A stretch of DNA of 34,566 nt from a virus (lineage: Duplodnaviria; Caudoviricetes). The DNA is taken from the IMG/VR virus record IMGVR_UViG_3300036783_000092, positions 1-34,566 of that record; one strand, 5' to 3'. Numbering within the stretch: the stretch's first letter is position 1; every line of letters starts with the position of its first letter. The notes under the pieces were generated by a model. The model searched no databases. It saw only the letters and a program-made list of their open reading frames with translations, and was not told the origin of the DNA. Both the position numbers and the translations under genes were made by a program. This document shows, piece after piece, positions 25,523-33,641 of this stretch.

Positions 25523-26606
25523 AGAAGTATCCCTGAACGTATCGGGTCAGGTCTGGGCCGGATGGACAGACATGACCATCAACCGGTCACTGGAGTCCGT
25601 TGCCGGTGAATTTGATCTGACCATTACCGCTCGCTGGTCAGCAGCTGCGCCACGGGCAATCAAGCCGGGTCAGTCCTGCACGGTTTCCATCAGTAAGGAT
25701 CGGGTCATGACCGGCTATATCGACGACTTTATTCCCAGTTATGACGCGGAGAATGTATCCCTGCGTGTGATGGGGCGTGACAAGACCGGCGATCTGGTGG
25801 ACAGCTCTGTGGTTGATAAGTCTGGCCAATGGAAAGGTCAGAAGCTAGAGCAGCTCGCCGCCACTATCTGCAAGCCCTACGGCATCGAGGTGATCAACGA
25901 GACCGATACCGGTGAGGCTTTCGGCAGTATCACTCTGGAACAGGGTGAAACAGGCTTTGAACTCCTCGACCGTCTGGCCAAGCAGCGCGGCGTTCTTGTG
26001 ACGTCCGATGCGTTCGGACGGCTCATCATCACCCGCGCCTCAAGTAAGCGGGCCGGTGTAACCCTCACCCTCGGTGATAACATTCTGGCCGCCCGTGGTC
26101 GCTTCAGTTGGCGCGAACGTGCAAGCCAGTACATCATCAAGGGTTCCGCCAGCGCAGGCGGGGCCACATGGGATGACCAGCCGGTGAAGATGGTCGGCGG
26201 GCGTCAGGCGGTTGTCAGCGACCCGGAGATAACCCGATATCGTCCAAAGATTCTGGTGAATGAAGAAAGCCTGACGGTCGGCGGTGCCAGCGCCCGTGGT
26301 GAATGGTACAAGACCCGGATGATGGGCGAAGCCACCACCACTGAAATCACTGTCGCGGGATGGCGTGAGAACGGCACCACCGGTCCGCTATGGCAACCAA
26401 ACATACTGGTCCCGATTGTGGACCCTATCCAGCAACTGAATGTTACCTGGCTGATTAAAGCAGTCTCGTTCATGGAAGGTGACAGCGGTCGTATCACGGT
26501 ACTCTCACTGGTGCCGCCTGAATCACTGGATATGCCAGCACAAAAGGCGAAAGGGAAAGGCAAAAAAGCGAAATCGAAAACCACTGTGGGGGCAACATGG
26601 GACTGA
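25515..26606 (+). CDS. Baseplate hub, Mu gpP/gp44-like
   Basis: GRDKTGDLVDSS, GET, LGDNIL, VAGWR...LWQPN. Confidence 0.93.
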   Translation: MTEEVSLNVSGQVWAGWTDMTINRSLESVAGEFDLTITARWSAAAPRAIKPGQSCTVSISKDRVMTGYIDDFIPSYDAENVSLRVMGRDKTGDLVDSSVVDKSGQWKGQKLEQLAATICKPYGIEVINETDTGEAFGSITLEQGETGFELLDRLAKQRGVLVTSDAFGRLIITRASSKRAGVTLTLGDNILAARGRFSWRERASQYIIKGSASAGGATWDDQPVKMVGGRQAVVSDPEITRYRPKILVNEESLTVGGASARGEWYKTRMMGEATTTEITVAGWRENGTTGPLWQPNILVPIVDPIQQLNVTWLIKAVSFMEGDSGRITVLSLVPPESLDMPAQKAKGKGKKAKSKTTVGATWD

Positions 26607-27136
26607 AAGACGCGAATATTTCACGTTCTATCGCCGCCCTCGGGCGTCGTTTGCGCCTGATGGTGGATCGCGCTGTCGTGCGTATCGTCACGGATAGCCT
26701 CGGGCGGCAGAATCTGCAGGTACAATCGCTCGCTGACGAGACCAATGACGACGTCGAGCGGTTCCAGAACTACGGATTTTCCAGCGTCCCGCCCGTCGGT
26801 TCGGAGGCCATCGTCGTGGCCGTGGGTGGGCGGCGCGGTGGACTGGTGGCCATTGCCGTCGAGGATAAAGGGAAGCGCCCACGCGGAGGGGATGAAGGGG
26901 ATGTATTCCTTTATCATCAGGAAGGTCATATTATTCGCCTGAAAAAAGATGGCGTCATAGAAATAACAGGGAAAAAGGTAAATCTCGTTGGTACGGAAGA
27001 AGTCGGCATTATCGGTGAACAATTGAATTTCACCGGCCCCGCCAACTTCAATGATGATATTACGATTAAGGGAAAAAGTTTCCTTAAGCATATTCATAAG
27101 GACGGGGACAATGAAGATACGACCGAACCCTTATGA
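26597..27136 (+). CDS. Baseplate spike, Mu gp45-like
   Basis: VERFQNYGFSSVPPVG and C-terminal HIH metal-binding tip. Confidence 0.92.
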   Translation: MGLKDANISRSIAALGRRLRLMVDRAVVRIVTDSLGRQNLQVQSLADETNDDVERFQNYGFSSVPPVGSEAIVVAVGGRRGGLVAIAVEDKGKRPRGGDEGDVFLYHQEGHIIRLKKDGVIEITGKKVNLVGTEEVGIIGEQLNFTGPANFNDDITIKGKSFLKHIHKDGDNEDTTEPL

Positions 27137-27582
27137 CCATCAGAATAAAATGGCACCTGCCCGCTGGCGGCGACATAGAGATTAACCACAATGGCCTTTC
27201 GTTTGACGAGGGCCTTGTTTCTTTGGTGTACATCTGCCTTTTCACTGATGCGCGGGCCGATATCAGTGATGAAATACCCGATGGTACTGATGACCGTCGC
27301 GGCTGGCCCGGAAATTCCTTCAGCGATTTTGAGTGGGGTTCGAAACTCTGGCTCATTGACCGTGAAAAACTGACCGAAGAAATCCGCATGAGGGCTGAGA
27401 ACTACGCCCAGTTAGCGATGCAGCCTTTATTGCGTTATGGCTACGCCAGAAATGCAAAGGTGACGGCAACAATTCCGCAAATGTACTGGCTGGCATTAAA
27501 TATCATTCTGACCCGGCCAGATAAAACCCAACTCACCGTAGAAATTAAAAAGCGCTGGGAGGCGGTCGAGAATGCCATTTAA
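27133..27582 (+). CDS. Baseplate wedge, Mu gp46-like
   Basis: LFTDARA...RRGWPG...GSKLWLIDREKLT. Confidence 0.92.
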   Translation: MTIRIKWHLPAGGDIEINHNGLSFDEGLVSLVYICLFTDARADISDEIPDGTDDRRGWPGNSFSDFEWGSKLWLIDREKLTEEIRMRAENYAQLAMQPLLRYGYARNAKVTATIPQMYWLALNIILTRPDKTQLTVEIKKRWEAVENAI

Positions 27583-28645
27583 TGTGCCTACGTTACGCCA
27601 GTTAATTAAAACCGGTGAGCAGGATATTGAAATCGGTCTTAATGAAAAGCTCCCACCAGTGGGAGTTGAACGGGCATTGAATACGTCGTTCAGTAGTGCT
27701 GTACGTGATGTTTACGATTACCAGTCATGGATTGCAGATCAGATTGTCCCCTCGGTGAAATCTGACGACCAGACCATCATTGATACCGCTAATACTGAAG
27801 GTGTTATCCGTAAGGCGGCAACCTATGCCGCCGGACTGGTGACCTTCAAAGGCTCCCGGCCCATCCCACTGAACACGGAAATGCAGTTCAGTAACGATGC
27901 GGGTTACCACGTCATTAAAGCCGGTGCGCCGGTGAACAATATCCAGAGCGTCACCATTCAGGCTGACGACGTCGGCGCATCGGGCAATCTCGATGCCGGG
28001 AGTGAGCTGACGCTTGTGTCACCGATTCCGGGCGTTGAGAGCGTCGGAACGGTCGCGGCCAGCGGCATAACCGGTGGGACTGATATCGAGCCTATTCACG
28101 AGCTGCTTGACCGTTTGCTGTTTCGCAAGCGTAACCCGCCAGTTGGCGGAGCGGTTCATGATTACGTTATCTGGGCGCGCGAGATGCCTGGCGTTTCGCG
28201 TGCATGGTCGTGGGATGCCTGGCACGGCGGTAGCACGGTTGGGCTGGCGTGGGTCTATGACAGCCGTCCTGATATCACACCGACCGCGACCGACCGTGCG
28301 CAGATGAATGATTATCTGTTCCGCCATCAGGACCCGGCCACGGGTAACTTTGTCGGAAAACCGGGTGGGATTGAGGTCTGGATCATCACGCTGACGCTTA
28401 AGCCTGTTAACCCCTCGATCCATCTCGTTCCAGACACAGCAGAGACGCGAAAAGCCACTGAAGCCAACCTGATTGCATTACAGCAAACGCTGTCACCGAA
28501 CTCGACCTTATTGCTGTCCAGCCTGCGCACGGCAATTGGTACAGCGACAGGCGTCACCGACTACACGCTGGACATCAGCGCTGATATCACCAGTGAAAAT
28601 AACGAACTTATCACTATCGGGGATATCACATGGCTCACAGCGTAA
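27572..28645 (+). CDS. Baseplate J-like wedge, Mu gp47-like
   Basis: PTLRQL, GGTDIE, PPVGGAVHDYVIWA...GVSRAW. Confidence 0.93.
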   Translation: MPFNVPTLRQLIKTGEQDIEIGLNEKLPPVGVERALNTSFSSAVRDVYDYQSWIADQIVPSVKSDDQTIIDTANTEGVIRKAATYAAGLVTFKGSRPIPLNTEMQFSNDAGYHVIKAGAPVNNIQSVTIQADDVGASGNLDAGSELTLVSPIPGVESVGTVAASGITGGTDIEPIHELLDRLLFRKRNPPVGGAVHDYVIWAREMPGVSRAWSWDAWHGGSTVGLAWVYDSRPDITPTATDRAQMNDYLFRHQDPATGNFVGKPGGIEVWIITLTLKPVNPSIHLVPDTAETRKATEANLIALQQTLSPNSTLLLSSLRTAIGTATGVTDYTLDISADITSENNELITIGDITWLTA

Positions 28646-29214
28646 CCGAATGGCAGGATGCCCTGCAGAAAAACATGCCGCGTGGCCGCGCATGGCCACG
28701 TGATGAAAACGCGGATTTAACGGCGCTTATAAAGGCCCTCAGCCCACGTTTAAACCGGCTTGAAGTGAACGCGGATTTGCTGCTGCAGGAGATGCGCCCT
28801 GAGACAACCGTCCAGTTGTTACCGGAGTGGGAAACCTATCTGGGGCTCCCGGAGTGCAATATTCCGAGTGACGATTTTCTGGTTCGCCGGGCGGCAGTCA
28901 TCGAGAAATACCACCGCAAAGGCGATCTGGCACCGTGGCAGATTGAGGGCGTCGCCGCTGCGCTGGGCTTTACCATCGAAGTGAAACAGGTTTTACCGCA
29001 TCACTGCCTGCGTAATTGCATGGCCAGAATATGGCCCAAGCGCTACCGGTTTTTACTGGTCGTGACGGTAAAAGATACGCCGGTTACCCGCTTCACTGTA
29101 ATTGAAGATGTGCTGACGCCATTAATTGAATATCACACCCAGATGCTGGAATGCGTATTAACGAAATATCGACTCGCCGGAACCGGGTACGAATATATAT
29201 TTGAGGTGAATTAA
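28630..29214 (+). CDS. Baseplate protein, Mu gp48-like (DUF2313/YmfQ)
   Basis: MPRGRAW, LLPEWETYLGLPEC, LECVL. Confidence 0.9.
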   Translation: MAHSVTEWQDALQKNMPRGRAWPRDENADLTALIKALSPRLNRLEVNADLLLQEMRPETTVQLLPEWETYLGLPECNIPSDDFLVRRAAVIEKYHRKGDLAPWQIEGVAAALGFTIEVKQVLPHHCLRNCMARIWPKRYRFLLVVTVKDTPVTRFTVIEDVLTPLIEYHTQMLECVLTKYRLAGTGYEYIFEVN

Positions 29215-29969
29215 TGTATCACATCGATAATCCAAGCGCGGCAGCTGAGATGCCGCCAGCGCATCCTGTGATGTTTACCCAGCCCCGGTGGTTTACCGAA
29301 GGGGGCGAAGGTATTGAGCCGACTTATCCCGGCGCAGACTGGTACAACATTATTCAGGCTGAAATGCTGAATGTATTATCTCTCGCCGGAATAACCCCGA
29401 ATAAAAATGAACTGGACCAGTTTGCTCAGGCCATTCGTTTAATGTCCACTGATTATATGATGCCGGTTGGTATTCCCTATCCGTGGCCCGGTTCTTCCGC
29501 CCCAGCAGGATTTGGCCTGATGCTTGGTCAGTCTTTTGATGGGGTGAAATACCCGAAACTGGCGGCGGCGTATCCCTCATTGATCATCCCGGATATGCGG
29601 GGGCAGACCGTCAAGGGTTTACCCGCAGCAAATCGCACTTTATTAAGCTATGAAGCCGATGGCAATAAATCACACACCCACGGGATGGAGATAGACGTAA
29701 CAGACCTCGGAACTAAAGAAACCTCACCAGACCCCGGTCATGATCATGATGCAGGTATGGTGGCTCCTGGCGAAGCATGGGACACAAATTATATTGTTGG
29801 TTCGGATAATGATTCCCGACGAACCCGCAATAAAACCAGATGGGCTGGGCAACATCTTCACACGATCGCCCTCGGTTGGCATGGCCATAGCGGTCGCGTT
29901 CTTGCTGATGGCAACCCGGAAACTACCGTCAAAAATATCGCATTTAACTACATTGTGAGGCTCGCATAA
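29214..29969 (+). CDS. Short tail fibre: Mu-S-type anchor, collar domain and Stf-like His-rich tip
   Basis: MYHIDN...WFTEG...PGADWYN anchor; PVGIPYPWP...PDMRG collar; HxH repeats; C-terminal TVKNIAFNYIVRLA. Confidence 0.9.
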   Translation: MYHIDNPSAAAEMPPAHPVMFTQPRWFTEGGEGIEPTYPGADWYNIIQAEMLNVLSLAGITPNKNELDQFAQAIRLMSTDYMMPVGIPYPWPGSSAPAGFGLMLGQSFDGVKYPKLAAAYPSLIIPDMRGQTVKGLPAANRTLLSYEADGNKSHTHGMEIDVTDLGTKETSPDPGHDHDAGMVAPGEAWDTNYIVGSDNDSRRTRNKTRWAGQHLHTIALGWHGHSGRVLADGNPETTVKNIAFNYIVRLA

Positions 29970-30853
29970 TGAGCAACTTCTCATTCTCAGATACCGACCA
30001 GGCGCTTTGGTTATTTCATTACGATGCCAACGGTGTATTTATTGGTAGCGGGTTAACTGTCATTCCAGCAGGAACAGGATTGCCCGCAAATACCACAACG
30101 TTAACCTGTACCCCCCCGGAGGGACAAACCGGGATATGGGATGGCTCTATATGGAATTATGTAGAAGATAAACGAGGGATGCGTTACTGGAATAAATATG
30201 GTGTTGGTTCCGTTGTCCTTTCTGTAAATGAATCTGTACCTGATGATGCAATTTTTAGTGCGCCGCCACCAAAAGAAACTGGTTATGTTTTTTTGTTTAC
30301 TGGTGAAATCTGGTTAAGGCTTAAGGATATGACTGGCGAAAAATATTATGGGAACCTTGGACAAGTTAACATCGTGCCGGATGCGTATTTTTCTTTGCCA
30401 GAAGGATGCACATTTATTCCTCCCATAGACCCCAAAACAGGATACGTCACTCAGTTTAATGGTGAAGAGTGGGTTTATGTCGAAGACCATCGGGGAAAGA
30501 CTGTGTACCAGAAATCATCAGGTATCCCTGTGGTTATAGATTACATCGGCCCAATAAAGAACGAGCAGACTGAGCAGGCCCCTGTCACAGCTTATGATGA
30601 ATGGGATGGTCAAAACTGGGTAACCAATGAAGAAGCAAAGAAATCTGCTCTTGTCACTGCTGCGACCAAAACTCGTTACTCATTACGTATGGAAGCTGAT
30701 TCCGAGATTTCAGTGCTTCTTGATGCACAAAAATTGGGTCTGGCGACAGCTAATGAGACCAGCCTCCTGGAAAAATGGCAACTTTATCGCATCGAACTGA
30801 TGCGCATTGACCCAGCGCTTGCCCCTGAAATTACGTGGCCAGTAAAACCATAA
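29969..30853 (+). CDS. Tail fibre assembly protein (Tfa-like) with a triplicated internal module
   Basis: IPAGTGLPAN, three W-x-x-x-(E/K)D-x-x-G repeats, C-terminal WQLYRIELMRID...ITWPVKP. Confidence 0.88.
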   Translation: MSNFSFSDTDQALWLFHYDANGVFIGSGLTVIPAGTGLPANTTTLTCTPPEGQTGIWDGSIWNYVEDKRGMRYWNKYGVGSVVLSVNESVPDDAIFSAPPPKETGYVFLFTGEIWLRLKDMTGEKYYGNLGQVNIVPDAYFSLPEGCTFIPPIDPKTGYVTQFNGEEWVYVEDHRGKTVYQKSSGIPVVIDYIGPIKNEQTEQAPVTAYDEWDGQNWVTNEEAKKSALVTAATKTRYSLRMEADSEISVLLDAQKLGLATANETSLLEKWQLYRIELMRIDPALAPEITWPVKP

Positions 30854-30865
30854 CCAGGAGTCGAT

Positions 30866-32716
30866 ATGTACTATTTAGACAATAAAAGTGGCGTTGTTAT
30901 TATGCCGCCGCCCCAGGATACACAAAGCGATACCCCCTTATGGTTTTCTGAAGATAAAGATGCTCCGTCTTATCCGGGGGCCGACTGGTTTAATATTGTC
31001 ACACTTGAACTAATAAACATCCTGAAGTTAGGGGGTGTGTCGCCTGATAAATTCAAGTTCAACCAGCTTGCATCAGTCATTGGTCAGCTTTTATCCGCAT
31101 CTTCTTTGATGGTCAACTCTGAGCTGGAAGGCCTTGATAAGACAACAAATGGAATGTTTTTTTGTGTCCCACAAGGGGTGGGTCAGGCGTATTCGTTAAT
31201 CTATTTTCGTAATGATAACGGGATTGCGGTGCCTGTTGCCGCCAGTCTGGGTAAGGCGTCGCTTGACGAGATTGAGCAAAAAATACCCTACCGCAAACGC
31301 TCACCTTTCTGGCTTGAGTTTGTTGCCCTTAACGGCTTACTGGGGGGCGGCTTCAGAGAAAGCGATAACCGGTTAATTCTGTCCGAAGGTGGGGATATTG
31401 TTGGTCGAATTGATACTCTTGAAATATTAAAAGGTACGTTGGATGTCTATGACTCAATATCTGCCGCAATGATAAAATTACCAGTTAATTCTGGTTTTAT
31501 TGTTCAGGCTAATGATATTGACCATTTAAAAACTCCTGGATTATTCAGGAAAACGGCGCCGAACGATTATCAAAAACTATTTAGTCTGGTTAGCGATGAG
31601 CAGGTCTCTGTCAGGAGTCGCTCACCTTTCTGGCTTGAGTTTGTTGCCCGCAACGGATTGTTGGGGGGCGGCTTCAGAGAAAGCGATAACCGGTTAATTC
31701 TGTCCGAGGGTGGGGATATTGCAGGCCGCCTTGATGATTACCTGCAACGGATTCATAGCCTTGAACAACACACCACAAACTCAACAGCATCGGATATCGC
31801 TGGTGACAGTACGGCTGTCGGTGCGGGTGCTGAGCCCGGAGGTTCTTTTCCAGAACAGCTTGCAGCACTTATTGGAAATGACTTTGTCATTAATAACATG
31901 GGTATTGGTGGTCAAAAATCCGGACAGGTCGCGATGCGAATGGGGGCAAAGGCTATTTATCTCACCGTTTCTGGTGATGCAATCCCTGCTAATGGTAATC
32001 TGGTCACCATTACGCACATCAATGGCGACAGTGCGACAGCAGCACCATCAGTTCCATCGGCAGATGTCAGGTTTCTGACCACTGCATCGAACAACAGCAC
32101 GTACACACTTGATGGGTGGATCGCTGGTATTAAATGTCGGGTTACTCGCACCGTAAATAGTGGAATTGAGAACTATACGCTAACAGCTCTGGAAGGGGCC
32201 GGGTTTCGTTGTCTTCCTGGCTCATTATTTGTTCCTGACTATGCCCTTCAGAATCACAGTGACCGCGAATTATGGATTGCAGTCGGTATTAATGATTTCA
32301 GGTCGGGGGCAGTGACAGCATCAGATTATGATGATGATGTAGCCGCAATAAAAATGAATGTCGATGCCCTTATTGAGTTTGGTGAGAGGTCGGGCAGGAA
32401 TATCTTATTGTACGGAATTAACACGTGTAATTACCCGGTAGAATTTTTACAGGGAATTCGTTATCAGAGGGTCATCGAGGTCAATCAGTACTGGGCCGCA
32501 CGCTACCCAAATCACTATGTCAGAGGGGATAACGGCAGGGATGTTCGTGAGGAACTCATCTCACGATTCAATCCATCATCACCTCAGGATGTGACTGATT
32601 TTGATAATGATATTGTTCCGGAATCACTACGAAGTGATAACCGCCATCCTAATACTAATGGTTATGCTGTGTACGCTGAACTTGGACAGCAATTCAGGGT
32701 TAAGAGAGGCTATTAA
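30866..32716 (+). CDS. Second receptor-binding protein: Mu-S-type anchor plus SGNH/GDSL esterase
   Basis: Anchor MYYLDNKSG...PGADWFN; SGNH blocks GDS (S315), GIGG (346..349), GIND (N476), DNRH (D591/H594); AGGAG RBS. Confidence 0.85.
   Translation: MYYLDNKSGVVIMPPPQDTQSDTPLWFSEDKDAPSYPGADWFNIVTLELINILKLGGVSPDKFKFNQLASVIGQLLSASSLMVNSELEGLDKTTNGMFFCVPQGVGQAYSLIYFRNDNGIAVPVAASLGKASLDEIEQKIPYRKRSPFWLEFVALNGLLGGGFRESDNRLILSEGGDIVGRIDTLEILKGTLDVYDSISAAMIKLPVNSGFIVQANDIDHLKTPGLFRKTAPNDYQKLFSLVSDEQVSVRSRSPFWLEFVARNGLLGGGFRESDNRLILSEGGDIAGRLDDYLQRIHSLEQHTTNSTASDIAGDSTAVGAGAEPGGSFPEQLAALIGNDFVINNMGIGGQKSGQVAMRMGAKAIYLTVSGDAIPANGNLVTITHINGDSATAAPSVPSADVRFLTTASNNSTYTLDGWIAGIKCRVTRTVNSGIENYTLTALEGAGFRCLPGSLFVPDYALQNHSDRELWIAVGINDFRSGAVTASDYDDDVAAIKMNVDALIEFGERSGRNILLYGINTCNYPVEFLQGIRYQRVIEVNQYWAARYPNHYVRGDNGRDVREELISRFNPSSPQDVTDFDNDIVPESLRSDNRHPNTNGYAVYAELGQQFRVKRGY
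31298..31721 (+). repeat. 103-bp in-frame direct repeat (31298..31400 and 31619..31721)
   Basis: 97 of 103 positions identical; encodes RSPFWLEFVA(L/R)NGLLGGGFRESDNRLILSEGGDI twice, 107 codons apart. Confidence 0.95.
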
Positions 32717-33576
32717 TGACACTTTCAATCGTTTCAAATTCATCTCCATTGAGCTGGGGAGAAAATCCAATTTATCAGGAAGAAGATCCGGTTATTATTC
32801 GTGGGTTAACTCTGGGTTTACTGGATTTCAGTAGTGAGGTCACTTACGCCGGTGAGTCACCGATTCCAGCATATTCAGCTTTGAGAAATATGGTTTATGG
32901 GGGCACTGATGCTCTCAATGGACCAAATCCTCGAATGCTGGACAATGGTATGCTGAAATTCAGTTCTTCCGTTCCTGATGTTAACGACTATGTAACGTTG
33001 CCGACTAGTGAGTTTTCTTTTCCGCCAGGCTGTAAACGAATTTTGGCTAGCGTAGCTCTTTCGTTACCAGCAGGTGGCTATGGAACATTACCTGCAGCAC
33101 GCTATCCAATGTTTTTTGGACGGATGAACAATACCAGCGCACCAAATATCAATTTCGGTTTTTGGGGGATCGTAAGCACTGAGGGGGTTCTTACATCAGT
33201 GCAAGCAGCAGCTCTTGGAAGTGTCCCAGTTTCGGCAACTGCAAAACTGGCAACACTTACTGATGGGAATATCCATGTGCTGTCTGTTGCCGTGGATGGC
33301 GAATCTACGCCGGGAACATTGTTAACACGTGTGTATGTTGATAATGAGCTGGTTAACTCTGCAACCAATTCCGCGTGGGATGGGGTTGTACCGCAACCTA
33401 CTAATCTACCACGTATAGGTGCATATCCAGCTACTCTTCATTCACCCTGGGGAGGGATGAAATTAGGGCGTCCAATGCTGGTAGATTTGACGGGTAGCAA
33501 CAAATCAGCAGTTGATATGATTTCGGAGTCTGTTATGTACGCTAATCGATATTTGGTATCAAATAATGTTCCATGA
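32716..33576 (+). CDS. Hypothetical beta-rich protein, possible LamG/concanavalin-like lectin fold
   Basis: TAATG coupling to the SGNH gene; DGNIHVLSVAVDG...RVYVDNELV...RIG pattern. Confidence 0.65.
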   Translation: MTLSIVSNSSPLSWGENPIYQEEDPVIIRGLTLGLLDFSSEVTYAGESPIPAYSALRNMVYGGTDALNGPNPRMLDNGMLKFSSSVPDVNDYVTLPTSEFSFPPGCKRILASVALSLPAGGYGTLPAARYPMFFGRMNNTSAPNINFGFWGIVSTEGVLTSVQAAALGSVPVSATAKLATLTDGNIHVLSVAVDGESTPGTLLTRVYVDNELVNSATNSAWDGVVPQPTNLPRIGAYPATLHSPWGGMKLGRPMLVDLTGSNKSAVDMISESVMYANRYLVSNNVP

Positions 33577-33637
33577 GCCTGCCGGGTGTGGTATCGAATG
33601 TTTTTCAAAACGATATCAAAAGTTTTCGCGCGCTATA
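33556..33637 (-). repeat. Right end (attR) with three probable transposase-binding sites
   Basis: Minus strand AAAACTTTTGATAT (33613..33626), CATTCGATAC (33591..33600), TATTTGATAC (33556..33565). Confidence 0.75.
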
Positions 33638-33641
33638 ATTC
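33638..33641 (+). repeat. Right copy of target-site duplication (ATTC)
   Basis: Matches 737..740. Confidence 0.8.

Larger units (their letters stand above)
741..33637 (+). mobile_element. Mu-like transposable prophage (myovirus type), apparently complete
   Basis: Begins with TG; contains repressor-ner-A-B, Mu-like head/tail/baseplate gene order and inverted end-binding motifs; flanked by a duplicated target within an interrupted gene. Confidence 0.96.

Noticed and set aside
25300-25700. A third late promoter element equivalent to Mu Pp
   Set aside because: Only a lone AAGCCGG half-site near 25662 with no dyad or T-run; a degenerate copy could be missed by eye.
31298-31721. Diversity-generating retroelement template/variable repeat pair
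   Set aside because: Differences are not adenine-specific (T/G, T/C, C/A, A/G, C/T, A/G), both copies are mid-gene and coding, and there is no reverse transcriptase in the window.
29214-33637. Invertible G-like segment
   Set aside because: No serine invertase ORF, no inverted fibre-tip copy on the minus strand and no gix-like inverted repeats seen.
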